DNA of 64,000 nt from Patescibacteria group bacterium (GCA_029260935.1 JAJDCJ010000005.1:16073-80072), one strand, 5' to 3'. Positions 19,028-29,112 are shown, numbered from the stretch's first letter. The notes: generated by a model not told the origin, from the sequence alone. Program-made: numbers and translations.

Positions 19028-20500
19028 TTACGTCTCCAATTTTGGGCGGTATTGTAGCGCTTCAAGAATGTGCTGTTCTTCAACGGCGTCTGAGTTTTCC
19101 AAGTCGGCAATGGTGCGTGCCACACGCATAACGCGGTGGTAGGAGCGCGGGGAAAGTTTTAACACGCCGGCTGAGCGTTGCAGTGTTTCAAGTGCAGTAT
19201 CTTTTATGTTGATAACACGCTCAATGTTGCGTGCGCCAATTTCACTGTTAGTGCTTCCATTTCTTGTATCAGCACATGCGCGCGCTTTGAGTATTCGCTT
19301 TAAAACAATTTCACTCGCCTCTCCCCCACCTTTTGAGAGAAGCTTATGAGGGACATGCGGTACCTCAATCCACAAATCAATACGGTCAATGATGGCGCCT
19401 GATAATTTTTTCTGAAAACGTGCAACGTCGCGCGGGTCGGCACGGTCGCTCGGTGGGTTCATTGCGGCAATCAACATAATATTTGCAGGAAACGTCGCAG
19501 TGCCCGACGCACGAGAAACAGTGACATGTCTGTTTTCAAGTGGTTCACGCAATGCTTCAACTGACCGACGATCAAACTCTGGGAACTCATCCATAAACAA
19601 CACACCACGGTGCGCTAGTGTTACTTCCCCGGGCTTTATAAACGTACCACCACCAACTAATGAAACGTACGATGACGTGTGATGCGGACTCCGAAAAGGA
19701 GCCGTGGTAATGGGAGATCCGTCTAACACGCCGGCTACGGAATGAATCGCGGTAACCTCCAAGACCTCGTCAGGTGTAAGTGGTGGTAAAATACCGGCGA
19801 GTGCTTGGGCCAACATTGTTTTGCCGGTGCCGGGTGGCCCACTGAGTGCAACATTATGTCTGCCGGCGGCCGCTATTTCTACTCCACGCTTTGCTGTTTC
19901 TTGACCTGCAATGTCACTCATATCAAGCGTATAGGGAGCGATATATATTTCTGGTGTATGTACTACTTCCTCCAAAGGAGCACTGCCCGTGAGGTGCTCC
20001 ACCAGTTCAGAAAGAGTTTCAACGCCGTAAATGGCAATATCATCAACGAGAGTTGCTTCTTTTGTATTTTTTTTCGGAAGAATAATTGAGGTAAAGCCGT
20101 TGTCACGCGCCGCAAGGGTGGCCGAAAGTGCGCCTTTAATAGGAGAAATAGACCCGTCCAATGAAAGCTCCCCGAGGCACACAGTATTTTTTGAATCAAA
20201 AGAAATTTCCTCGGCTGCAAGTAAATAGGCAAGCGCCATGGGTACATCAAACACCGGACCTTCTTTCTTTACATCGGCCGGTGCGAGCGAGATAACTATT
20301 TTATGGTTTTTACTTTTTGGTGCACTGAAACCCGCATGTTTGATTGCACTACTGACGCGGTCGCGCGCCTCTTCAACCGCCTTACCAGGAAGACCTACAA
20401 CAGTAAACGCATAGAGTCCTTTTGATAAGTCTGCCTCAATTGAAATAATTGGCGCCTTTGGAAACTGAGGCTGTACGCTAAATACGCGGGCAAATGCCAT
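19028..20500 (-). CDS. comM: ComM/YifB Mg-chelatase-like helicase
   Basis: LAPADVKKEG, GPPGTGKTM, PFRSPHH, GVLFMDEFPEF, ARTIADL. Confidence 0.95.
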   Translation of the reverse strand: MAFARVFSVQPQFPKAPIISIEADLSKGLYAFTVVGLPGKAVEEARDRVSSAIKHAGFSAPKSKNHKIVISLAPADVKKEGPVFDVPMALAYLLAAEEISFDSKNTVCLGELSLDGSISPIKGALSATLAARDNGFTSIILPKKNTKEATLVDDIAIYGVETLSELVEHLTGSAPLEEVVHTPEIYIAPYTLDMSDIAGQETAKRGVEIAAAGRHNVALSGPPGTGKTMLAQALAGILPPLTPDEVLEVTAIHSVAGVLDGSPITTAPFRSPHHTSSYVSLVGGGTFIKPGEVTLAHRGVLFMDEFPEFDRRSVEALREPLENRHVTVSRASGTATFPANIMLIAAMNPPSDRADPRDVARFQKKLSGAIIDRIDLWIEVPHVPHKLLSKGGGEASEIVLKRILKARACADTRNGSTNSEIGARNIERVINIKDTALETLQRSAGVLKLSPRSYHRVMRVARTIADLENSDAVEEQHILEALQYRPKLET

Positions 20501-20568
20501 AGTGGTACTTAAAAGTATACCTTAATAATGAGCACACTTCTTTTTTAAAATATTTTAAGCACTACATA

Positions 20569-20602
20569 AAGTACATACTACGATTAATCGTAGTATGTAC
20601 TT
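20569..20602. repeat. Perfect 34-bp palindrome, copy 1 (core ATACTACGATTAATCGTAGTAT)
   Basis: AAGTACATACTACGATTAATCGTAGTATGTACTT; centre TTAA contains the stop codon of the TrpR-like gene. Confidence 0.9.
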
Positions 20603-21024
20603 GTACGTGCCGCGCGTCTGAACTCCTTCCATCTACCTCTTCCACGAGGGGGCAAAATACCTCCACGAGCTAAATCGTCAAGAAGGCTTGATAGTGATGA
20701 CCCATCAAACTTTTTTGGATTATTTTTTGCATATCGCACAAGATGTTCATACTGCCCTCTCTTCATACTGCACCATACTCGCCCTATAGTATCAGGGCTC
20801 ACTTTTAGTAATTGTTGTATTTGTGCGAAGCTGTAGTCGCGTGTTAACATCGCGATGATTGCAAAACGTTTTGCTAAAACTACCTGTTCAGAGTCGGTCA
20901 TAAGTTCACTGAAAAGTGCAGACGCATCTCGTTTTGAGTGTGTATGCATAATTGAAGAGACTAACTGGCTATTTATTGCCTCGGCAGTTTCTTTTTTTAT
21001 TTTCTGCTTTGAAATCCTCACCAT
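20584..21024 (-). CDS. TrpR-like (YerC/YecD-type) HTH protein
   Basis: ELMTDSEQVVLAKRFAIIAML...SFAQIQQLLKVSPDTIGRV; start placed at MVRISK. Confidence 0.8.
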   Translation of the reverse strand: MVRISKQKIKKETAEAINSQLVSSIMHTHSKRDASALFSELMTDSEQVVLAKRFAIIAMLTRDYSFAQIQQLLKVSPDTIGRVWCSMKRGQYEHLVRYAKNNPKKFDGSSLSSLLDDLARGGILPPRGRGRWKEFRRAARTSTYYD

Positions 21025-21054
21025 ATAATTCTCATTATATTTTGATAATAACAC

Positions 21055-21082
21055 AAAATACTACGATTAATCGTAGTATTTT
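21055..21082. repeat. Perfect 28-bp palindrome, copy 2 (same 22-bp core)
   Basis: AAAATACTACGATTAATCGTAGTATTTT just upstream of the TATAAT of the TrpR-like gene. Confidence 0.9.
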
Positions 21083-21167
21083 TACCTTTGAAGTCTGGGG
21101 TATTTTAAAATAAATATCCGTTTTTTAACTTACCTATTTTTTATATCCAGCGAGTTATAAAAAATAC

Positions 21168-21527
21168 TTACGCGTGGGCAATACACGTGATAGCTGCGGG
21201 GTTTGCATTCAAGCGCTCAAGTTCAATGGGATTACCTGATTCTTCACAAATACCATACGTTCCTTTTTCAATTCGCTCAAGCGCTAAAGAAACATTTTTC
21301 AAACGAATCTCAAGCTCATTTATTGCCGCGTTATTTTCGTGGAGTGCTTCAACAATGTCTGCGTTGTCATTTCTGTCTGCACCAAACTCTTCCCCGGGCG
21401 CTCTTGGCTCCCAATCATCAGGATTAGATGGGTTTTGTTTTCCTATTGAGGAAAGCTCTTTTTGCAAAATGGCCCGCTCTTTTTCAAGTCGGATTTTAAA
21501 CTCTTCAATGTGTTCTTTCGTTAACAT
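21168..21527 (-). CDS. DksA/TraR family protein
   Basis: ALERIEKGTYGICEESG...ERLNANPAAITCI; two-Cys variant. Confidence 0.9.
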   Translation of the reverse strand: MLTKEHIEEFKIRLEKERAILQKELSSIGKQNPSNPDDWEPRAPGEEFGADRNDNADIVEALHENNAAINELEIRLKNVSLALERIEKGTYGICEESGNPIELERLNANPAAITCIAHA

Positions 21528-21561
21528 GAGATCTATAGTATCACGAAGCGGTGCTCAGTGC

Positions 21562-22401
21562 CTACCTTTGCGCGCTTCCCAGACGAGTCATTACTTCGCG
21601 CAGAGTAAACTCATTGGTAGTAAGGACCACCATGACTCTTGAGGGGTATGTGTACATAATAGGCCATGTACTTTGGCTTTTTCTTACATCAAGGTTCTGA
21701 ATAATACTGTCGCTAAACACAAGGTCAGGAGCTTCGCCTATACTATTTATTGGTGCATAGAAAGAGTTGAGCGCACGCCCTGCTTCTTTCTCCCACCCAA
21801 GAAGTGCACTGAATGTTCGGTCAAAAGTTAACAGTGAAAGTATTAAAAATGGTTGATTCCTATCAAATGAATGCACACCAATCATAATGTCCACCACCTC
21901 CCTTGAGATTGCGTCGGGAAAACCAAGCGCGCGTGCAACTGAAGAAGGCGCGAGTGCCACTCCACCTTGAGTAACCACTATACGTTCAACTTCACCAAGC
22001 GACAGCTCTGCATCACGTCGTTCAGTCGCAAGAAGTTTTTGTAGCGAAGAACCCTCAACAAACTCAATGGGTGTGGTTTTATTAGGAAACACAATACTGG
22101 GAGGAAACTCTTCAGGGGAAGCACTTGGCCGTGTTGCATAAAACGAAGTAGCAATCACTACAACTCCGAGTACCACAAAAAGCACAGACCCGAAAAGAAT
22201 CACTTTTGTTTTTGAAAACTTCTCTAGAACCGGTTCTTGTTCCAACTGCCTCCCCTTTTCTCTTTGTGCTGTTGCTATTGAAGACACGGTCTCGCCACGC
22301 GCTGTAATAACCCGACTGATATCAGCCGCATAGGTTCTAATGCGCGGAAGCCCCGAAGGGGTTTTAGGTGTCTCGTCTTTTTTCGCTGTTTCCTCTGCCA
22401 T
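21562..22401 (-). CDS. Hypothetical single-TM protein
   Basis: Long ORF with IRTYAAD motif and one TM; start placed at MAEE. Confidence 0.75.
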   Translation of the reverse strand: MAEETAKKDETPKTPSGLPRIRTYAADISRVITARGETVSSIATAQREKGRQLEQEPVLEKFSKTKVILFGSVLFVVLGVVVIATSFYATRPSASPEEFPPSIVFPNKTTPIEFVEGSSLQKLLATERRDAELSLGEVERIVVTQGGVALAPSSVARALGFPDAISREVVDIMIGVHSFDRNQPFLILSLLTFDRTFSALLGWEKEAGRALNSFYAPINSIGEAPDLVFSDSIIQNLDVRKSQSTWPIMYTYPSRVMVVLTTNEFTLREVMTRLGSAQR

Positions 22402-24553
22402 AGTTTCTATGTTCGCCCGATGGCGTGTTTTCCTGAGGGAGTACCCCTTTACGTGAGGCAAACTCAGGGTCAATGCTCTTTATAGAGAGACTAACACGCC
22501 CATCCTCCCCTGCTTCTTTTACTTGAACTTTTACCTGCTCACCTTCTTTGACAACGTCATGTACATTTTCAATACGATATGGTGCGAACTCTGAAATATG
22601 CACGAGCCCCTCTATTCTTGAATTGAGGCGTACAAACGCACCGAAATCAACAACGCGTGTTACCTCCCCTTCAAGTATTTCCCCTGACGTAAACACACGT
22701 GTCATGTCACGGATAATGTCAGCTGCTTTTTCCGGCGCGTCTGCTTTTCCGGTGATAAATACACTACCGTCATCCTCAATAGTAATACTATCAACTCCTG
22801 TGTCTTCTTGAATTTTTTTGATATTTTTACCTTGCCCACCAATAACCATACCGATCATGTCAGGTGGAATTGAGAGTGAAATAATTTTCGGTGCACGCGG
22901 GTTAATATCCTCACGTGGCGAAGCAATCGCTTCATGTATTGTTTTTAAAATATGCAGACGTGCTTTTTTTGCCGCCTGAAGTGCTTCACCAAGCACCGGA
23001 AGAGGAACTCCCTCAACTTTTACATCAAGTTGAATTGCAGTCACCCCTGCTTCAGTTCCAGCTACTTTGAAGTCCATGTCACCGTGATGGTCTTCTGGTC
23101 CTTGAATGTCGGTGAGTACCCGATATTTAGTAGGGCTTTCATACATCACTCCCATTGCAATACCGGCAACAGGCGCCTTGATGGGCACTCCGCCGTCCAT
23201 CAAGGCAAGCGTTGACCCACATACACTTCCCATTGACGTAGAGCCGTTTGAAGCTAAGGCCTCTGAGACCAAACGAATAGTGTAAGGGAAATCACTTTGG
23301 TCTGGAATGACTGGCTCAAGTGCTTTTTCTGCAAGTGCACCGTGGCCGATCATTCGCCGGTTCATACCGCCAATGCGCCCTGTTTCCCCCACTGAATATG
23401 GAGGAAAATTATAGTGATGAATAAACCTCTTCTTCTGGTCTTGCGCTTCAATTGAGTCAATGATAAGAGAATCGTCCGGACCACCAAGAGTGAGTGCGGT
23501 GAAAACGTGAGTACCTCCACGGTAGAAAATACCCGACCCGTGGAGTATCTCTGAAACTCCTCCTGCTTGCGCAAAAAGTGGGCGTACCTCATCAACCGCT
23601 CTTCCGTCAACACGTTCGCCACTTTCAATAGCGCGTGTGCGCATCATGCTCTCCACCTGTTCTTCAAAGAATCGTTCTGCTTCTTTTATGTTGTCCGGTA
23701 GCATTTCAAGCACGCGCGCCATGTAGTCGTTTTTTAATTCACCCAAGTCTCCCTTGCCTGGCGTACTGGAGAAAACAGCCTGCGGAAACCTGTCATTAAA
23801 TGTAGTAAATAATTCTTTTACCGCATCGGGTATATCCGGAACTGACAGTACTATTTTTTCTTTACCTATTTTTTCTCTAATTGTATTTTGAAATTTCTGA
23901 AGCGCCTCAATTTCTTTTGTCCCTACATCAAAGGCAGCTAACAAAACATCTTCTGATGCTTCATGTGCACCAACTTCAATCATGGTAATGACACCGTCTT
24001 TTCCACACACCAACACATCAAGTTCACTGTCGTCATCCTTTCTAAAGTCAAAACTTGGGTTTACCACAAACGTATCATTTCCTTTCTTTTTACCTACCCG
24101 CACCGAAGAAACCGGTCCGGACCACGGAATATCTGAAGTAAGTAGTGCAATGCTGGCGGCGTTCACTCCCAAAACATCAGGATCATCATCTTCAAGCGAG
24201 AGTACGGTGACCACCACCTGCACATCGCGTCGCAGACGATTGTCAAACAGCGGGCGAATAGTGCGATCAACAATCCTTCCTGAAAGAATTGCTTCTTCTG
24301 ACGGTCGTCCTTCGCGTCGCATATAGCGACTTCCTAAAATTTTTCCCGCAGCATAAAACTTTTCTTCAAACTCAACCGAAAGAGGAAAGTAATCAACATC
24401 ACTTCTCTCTTTTTTTCCCATGACTGCTGTGGTAAACACCGTGGTGTTCCCCATACGCACCATGACCGACCCATTTGTTTGGTCTGCTAAATCACTAAAC
24501 GTAACTGAGAATTCTTTTTCTCCAACTGTTGTCTTGAATGTTTCTTGCTTCAT
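22364..24553 (-). CDS. pnp: Polyribonucleotide nucleotidyltransferase
   Basis: RREGRP, SNGSTSMGS, DHHGDMDFKVAG, KH and S1 domains. Confidence 0.98.
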   Translation of the reverse strand: MKQETFKTTVGEKEFSVTFSDLADQTNGSVMVRMGNTTVFTTAVMGKKERSDVDYFPLSVEFEEKFYAAGKILGSRYMRREGRPSEEAILSGRIVDRTIRPLFDNRLRRDVQVVVTVLSLEDDDPDVLGVNAASIALLTSDIPWSGPVSSVRVGKKKGNDTFVVNPSFDFRKDDDSELDVLVCGKDGVITMIEVGAHEASEDVLLAAFDVGTKEIEALQKFQNTIREKIGKEKIVLSVPDIPDAVKELFTTFNDRFPQAVFSSTPGKGDLGELKNDYMARVLEMLPDNIKEAERFFEEQVESMMRTRAIESGERVDGRAVDEVRPLFAQAGGVSEILHGSGIFYRGGTHVFTALTLGGPDDSLIIDSIEAQDQKKRFIHHYNFPPYSVGETGRIGGMNRRMIGHGALAEKALEPVIPDQSDFPYTIRLVSEALASNGSTSMGSVCGSTLALMDGGVPIKAPVAGIAMGVMYESPTKYRVLTDIQGPEDHHGDMDFKVAGTEAGVTAIQLDVKVEGVPLPVLGEALQAAKKARLHILKTIHEAIASPREDINPRAPKIISLSIPPDMIGMVIGGQGKNIKKIQEDTGVDSITIEDDGSVFITGKADAPEKAADIIRDMTRVFTSGEILEGEVTRVVDFGAFVRLNSRIEGLVHISEFAPYRIENVHDVVKEGEQVKVQVKEAGEDGRVSLSIKSIDPEFASRKGVLPQENTPSGEHRNYGRGNSEKRRDT

Positions 24554-24760
24554 TATTATGTCTTTTTATTATGGAGCTTTCCGAATGACAGAGGCGATGT
24601 ATGTTCGCACCTGGGTATTCGGAAACCTGCACCTAGTAATACTAACTACAGAAAGTGTAGCAAGGTTATGGCGTAAAATAAACATTTTACGATCGCCTGT
24701 AAAAGACAGTATAAAAAAGCTATACTGTATAGAGTAATTACTCATTTACACACAAACACT

Positions 24761-24952
24761 ATGGGAAAAAATCCAAATGAATCATCCCCTACCGTATCAC
24801 GCGAGTTTGACGGATCAATAACAGTCGCACTTTTTGCAGCTATCGTAGCTGGGATGCTGACACAAAATGTTCTTATCGGTGCCGGAGCTGGAGCACTCGG
24901 CTATGTCGGCACCGGACTACTTCAGAAAAAAGGAAACAAAAAAACAAATTAG
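24761..24952 (+). CDS. Small glycine-rich membrane protein
   Basis: 63 aa with hydrophobic GAGAGALG segment; TATACT upstream. Confidence 0.6.
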   Translation: MGKNPNESSPTVSREFDGSITVALFAAIVAGMLTQNVLIGAGAGALGYVGTGLLQKKGNKKTN

Positions 24953-24981
24953 GGACGTTTTACATCATCTTTAATAGAGGG

Positions 24982-25635
24982 TTACCGACTGTCGTCAGTG
25001 TCTGAACCCACCACTTGTGGCATGGCGTCTTCGCCAGCTTCTTGAGAGCCATTCTCAACTTCAGGGTGACTGCCTGTTTTCGGCATAATCGCGCCTGCAT
25101 CTCCCCTGTTAGTAAGAGGAAGAGAAAAACGGTTGCCAAGAAGGAACTTCTTCGGCTGTTCTCCCATATCAATAAACTCATCGGCATCTTCGCGTAATCG
25201 CGACGATGAAGATTTTCCGAATGAAATAACCTCAACCTGTACGCCATGCGCCTTGAGATACTCAACTAACGGCACAAAGTCCCCGTCTCCTGTTGCAAGT
25301 ACAATGGAGTCAACTCTCTGTGATGTCTTGATAGCGTCAACTGCCATACCTACATCCCAGTCTGCCTTTTTAGCTCCTCCGTAGAAAATCTGAAGTTCTT
25401 TGGTCTTTGTTTCAATACCTATTTTAGTCAGTGCTTCAAAAAATGCCTTTTCTTCACCACTTTCTGTGGTCACCACATAGGCAACCGCACGAATAAGTTG
25501 ACGCCCTGCGACTGATTCTTTCAAAACGTTTGCAAAATTGACACGTGCTTTAAATAAATTTTTAGCGCTATGGTAGAGGTTTTGTGTGTCTATAAAAACC
25601 GCCACACGCTGATTTGGGTGTTTAATAATTGCCAT
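24982..25635 (-). CDS. NYN domain (LabA/DUF88) protein
   Basis: VFIDTQN, KADWDVGMAVD, TGDGDFVP. Confidence 0.93.
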   Translation of the reverse strand: MAIIKHPNQRVAVFIDTQNLYHSAKNLFKARVNFANVLKESVAGRQLIRAVAYVVTTESGEEKAFFEALTKIGIETKTKELQIFYGGAKKADWDVGMAVDAIKTSQRVDSIVLATGDGDFVPLVEYLKAHGVQVEVISFGKSSSSRLREDADEFIDMGEQPKKFLLGNRFSLPLTNRGDAGAIMPKTGSHPEVENGSQEAGEDAMPQVVGSDTDDSR

Positions 25636-25690
25636 ATATAGTTAGTATAACCTGTATAAAAAAGAACATCCCAGCTGCGGGATGCGTGTA

Positions 25691-25957
25691 TTACTTTTTG
25701 AGTCCTAAACTCTTTACGAGTTTGCTGTACTCTCGCTTATCACTCTTCTCCAGATACTTCAAATGAGTACGACGGTCCGCAACCATCTGTAAAAGTCCAC
25801 GGCGAGAATGCTTGTCTTTAGTGTGCTTTTTAAGGTGAAGTGCGAGCTCGTCAATTTTCTGAGACAAAACAGCAACTTGAACAGATGCCGACCCAGTGTC
25901 GTCTTTGTGCTTCTGTACGGCCTTAATAGCCCGTGTTTTCTTTGTTTTTGTAAGCAT
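25691..25957 (-). CDS. rpsO: 30S ribosomal protein S15
   Basis: DTGSASVQVA, HTKDKHSRRGLL. Confidence 0.97.
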   Translation of the reverse strand: MLTKTKKTRAIKAVQKHKDDTGSASVQVAVLSQKIDELALHLKKHTKDKHSRRGLLQMVADRRTHLKYLEKSDKREYSKLVKSLGLKK

Positions 25958-26023
25958 GAGAGTTTACTGTACCATAAATACCCTTAGTTTGCAACGCACT
26001 TTAGTCTAGTTTCAAGAGTGAGG

Positions 26024-26689
26024 TTAAATAAAGAGAGAAGCGACCTGAAAGGCGAGGTACCCTATCCCGAAACCTACAGGAGCCAAAACAGCAAGACCCG
26101 CTACATATTCTGTACTTGAATATGTTTTTGTAGGATCGTTTATACCTTCAGAAACGCGCCCTATAAAAGAAAACGGAGACCATATCACGGATCCAACAAA
26201 ACCAGCTGTTGCACCAGTTACTCTCACTGGTGTACTTGAGCTAATCGCCTCATATACAGACACTACAGCGTTCCGTTTTTCTTTAACCCACGCACGTGGC
26301 TTGGTCCAAAAAATATCTTTTATATTTATCTTCTTTATACTTGAAAGAAGGCCAAGGGCGACGCTTCCTGCCTGTTTTGCCCACGCGCCAATTTTGCACA
26401 GGGTATCCCAAACCTCCTGGCGAAAACTTGCCTCAGACTCATCTTTTTCGGGCACTAAACTCTCAGGAGCTGAGGGTCCGGCAATAGAATACGTAGTACG
26501 TATGTGATTCTCCTCTAGAGCTGTCTGAGGAATACTCTCTACACGTCCGTCGCCAAGAGAGTCGTTTGAATAGCGTTCAATAGGAAGCGCCGTGACCGTA
26601 AAAAGTTCTTTAGTTTTCTTAGTTGAAACAATTTCCAAACCGATTTTTGGGGATCCTTCAGGTCTTTTCATATAAACAAAAGATAGCAT
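26024..26689 (-). CDS. Hypothetical membrane protein
   Basis: 221-aa ORF with C-terminal hydrophobic helices. Confidence 0.65.
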   Translation of the reverse strand: MLSFVYMKRPEGSPKIGLEIVSTKKTKELFTVTALPIERYSNDSLGDGRVESIPQTALEENHIRTTYSIAGPSAPESLVPEKDESEASFRQEVWDTLCKIGAWAKQAGSVALGLLSSIKKINIKDIFWTKPRAWVKEKRNAVVSVYEAISSSTPVRVTGATAGFVGSVIWSPFSFIGRVSEGINDPTKTYSSTEYVAGLAVLAPVGFGIGYLAFQVASLFI

Positions 26690-26771
26690 ATTGTATCCAT
26701 TTTGTCAAGTAGCTCTCCTCTGTCTGTTTTTTATTACTATGAGGCGCTTGTAGAGTGGGTATACTGTAGCT

Positions 26772-27692
26772 ATGAATGCGTATGACCTAAAACGAAAGTT
26801 TCTTGAGTATCTGGAAATATCAAAAGGAAGGTCACTAAAAACCCTTGAAAACTACGACCGCTATCTGACGCGTTTTATTATTTTTACGAAAATAAGCGAG
26901 CCGAAAGAAATTACTGACACCATGGTGCAGGAGTTCCGCCTCTACCTCAACCGCCTCCCCACTCACGGAGGTGGCACCATGAAAAGAAAAACACAAAACT
27001 ACCACCTTATTGCCCTGCGTGCGTTTCTGAAATATCTTCAGCGTGAGAATGTAGAAACCCTTACGCCAGAGCGTATTGAATTAGCAAAAGTACCTGAGCG
27101 CTCCCTTGAGTTGATCACTACCGCGGAGCTTGAGCGCCTTATGAAGGCCCCTGCTGACGCTCTAAAAAAAGAAAGTGATTCATTTAAACAACAGATTCTC
27201 CTGCGCGACCAGGCAATTATGGAGCTCTTGTTTTCAACAGGACTTCGGGTGAGTGAGTTGGCGGCGCTCAATACAGACATAGACCTTTCGCGTGACGAAA
27301 TGTCAGTGAGAGGGAAGGGAGACAAGGTGCGTGTGGTGTTTCTTTCGGGTCGTGCGAAAACTGCGGTGCGCGCTTACCAAAAAGCGCGCACCGATATGGA
27401 AGAGGCGCTGTTTGTAGACGGACGCCCTAAAGCACTCCACCGCATTACCCCGAGGGACATACAGCGTCATATAAAAAAATATGCCATACAGGCGGGCATT
27501 ACCAGTAAGGTCACGCCTCACGTACTCCGGCACGTGTTTGCAACTGACCTTCTTGAAAACGGTGCTGATATTCGCTCGGTCCAGGCGCTTCTAGGACACG
27601 CTAATATTGCCACCACGCAGGTGTATACGCACGTCACCGATAAACACCTACGAGATATTCATAAGGCATTTCACGGCAAAAAAAGAACCTGA
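26772..27692 (+). CDS. Tyrosine recombinase XerC/XerD family
   Basis: TGLRVSEL, GKGDK, HVLRH, LLGHANIATTQVYTHV catalytic set. Confidence 0.95.
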   Translation: MNAYDLKRKFLEYLEISKGRSLKTLENYDRYLTRFIIFTKISEPKEITDTMVQEFRLYLNRLPTHGGGTMKRKTQNYHLIALRAFLKYLQRENVETLTPERIELAKVPERSLELITTAELERLMKAPADALKKESDSFKQQILLRDQAIMELLFSTGLRVSELAALNTDIDLSRDEMSVRGKGDKVRVVFLSGRAKTAVRAYQKARTDMEEALFVDGRPKALHRITPRDIQRHIKKYAIQAGITSKVTPHVLRHVFATDLLENGADIRSVQALLGHANIATTQVYTHVTDKHLRDIHKAFHGKKRT

Positions 27693-27704
27693 ACCTATCG
27701 ACAC

Positions 27705-27746
27705 TTACCCACTTGTGCGAATCCCGGGATTCGCACAAGTGGGTAA
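27705..27746. repeat. Perfect 42-bp palindrome, copy 1 (core TGTGCGAATCCCGGGATTCGCACA)
   Basis: TTACCCACTTGTGCGAATCCCGGGATTCGCACAAGTGGGTAA. Confidence 0.9.
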
Positions 27747-27818
27747 AAAACCGAGCAGTGTTTGACTTTTTTCTTTAAAATGTTAAAATAAGTTAATACT
27801 TACTAGCATATAAATTTT

Positions 27819-27971
27819 ATGCCTAAACCTGAGAAAATATGGGCCGAGGGAGAATACGAAACTTCTAAGACATTGAACGCTTTTTTAAAGTGGGTTGGTG
27901 TCGCAGCAATAATTGCACTTGTGCTTGGAATTCCGTTAGCGGTTGTTTTAAGCAATAAAGACATTTTCTAA
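27819..27971 (+). CDS. Small single-TM protein (50 aa)
   Basis: MPKPEKIWAEGEYETSKTLNAFLKWVGVAAIIALVLGIPLAVVLSNKDIF; preceded by TTGACT-16-TAAAAT with extended TG. Confidence 0.7.
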   Translation: MPKPEKIWAEGEYETSKTLNAFLKWVGVAAIIALVLGIPLAVVLSNKDIF

Positions 27972-28017
27972 GAGCATTCTCCAATATCCAGATAGTATCT
28001 TCTTAGCGTAACAGCAC

Positions 28018-28051
28018 AAAAGTGTGCGAATCCCGGGATTCGCACACTTTT
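28018..28051. repeat. Perfect 34-bp palindrome, copy 2 (same 24-bp core)
   Basis: AAAAGTGTGCGAATCCCGGGATTCGCACACTTTT. Confidence 0.9.
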
Positions 28052-28088
28052 TTCAAAAAGAAGAGAGGGGTGGTGGTATGCTAGGTAT

Positions 28089-28883
28089 ATGAAACTGGTT
28101 TCGTGGAACGTAAATGGCATTCGTGCGGTGCACCGCAAAGAACAGCTGGTACCTATGGTAGAAACTCTGAAACCAGATGTTTTATGCCTACAGGAAACCA
28201 AAGCGAGGTCGGAACAGTCCGAGGTTGATCTGCCTGAATATGAAGAATATTGGAACTCGGCTGAAAGAAAAGGATACTCAGGAACTGCTGTTTTTAGTAA
28301 AATAAAGCCCTTGAGTATTATTGAAGATTTTCCTGAAGCGATTGTCAAAAAATACGGCTTAAAAGATGGGTTCGGTGACACTAATGCCGAAGGGAGGGTC
28401 TTGGTGCTTGAGTTTAGTGATTTTTACATACTGACCGTTTATACACCGAATGCGAAACGCGATTTGGGGCGTCTACCGCTACGAGATAAACACTGGGATC
28501 CTGCGTTTTTGGCATACATGAAACTGTTGGAGGAGAAAAAGTCCGTGATTGCCTGTGGGGACTTTAATGTTGCCCACAAGGAAATAGATATCGCCCGACC
28601 AAAAGAAAACAAAAACTCAGCTGGCTTTACTAAAGAGGAGCGCACCGGCTTTGATAACTATATAATGGCTGGTTTTATAGACACTTTTCGTATGTTTCAT
28701 AACGAAGGAGAGTGCTACACCTGGTGGAGTAATTTTAATCATGCCCGAGAGAGAAATATTGGCTGGCGGATTGACTACTTTTTAGTGTCTAGCGCCCTCA
28801 AAGAAAAAGTGAAAAAAGCCAATGTTCATATGGATATTTTTGGTTCTGACCACTGCCCTATTTCAGTGGAAATAGAGAGTTAG
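28089..28883 (+). CDS. xth: Exodeoxyribonuclease III / AP endonuclease
   Basis: SWNVNG, CLQETK, GDFNVAH, GWRIDY, GSDHCP. Confidence 0.97.
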   Translation: MKLVSWNVNGIRAVHRKEQLVPMVETLKPDVLCLQETKARSEQSEVDLPEYEEYWNSAERKGYSGTAVFSKIKPLSIIEDFPEAIVKKYGLKDGFGDTNAEGRVLVLEFSDFYILTVYTPNAKRDLGRLPLRDKHWDPAFLAYMKLLEEKKSVIACGDFNVAHKEIDIARPKENKNSAGFTKEERTGFDNYIMAGFIDTFRMFHNEGECYTWWSNFNHARERNIGWRIDYFLVSSALKEKVKKANVHMDIFGSDHCPISVEIES

Positions 28884-29112
28884 GAGTGAGCAGTGAGCAA
28901 TCAGCATAGAGTTTTGAATACTCACTGCTCGTTGCTGATTGCTGACTATTTTCTAAAGGACAAAAACTGTTGATAAGTACATTAAAATGTCCTTTATAAA
29001 TGTATACTTGTAAAGGACAGTTCTTTACACGGTGGAGCTTCGCCTACCTATACGCGCTCTCAAAAATATTGAATGATAAAGCGGCGTCGTAATTTAGCGC
29101 TCTACCTTAAAC

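Noticed and set aside
26772-27746. Integron integrase with attC cassettes, or a dif site
   Set aside because: Protein lacks the IntI-specific insertion; palindromes lack attC R-boxes and extrahelical bases and do not resemble dif.
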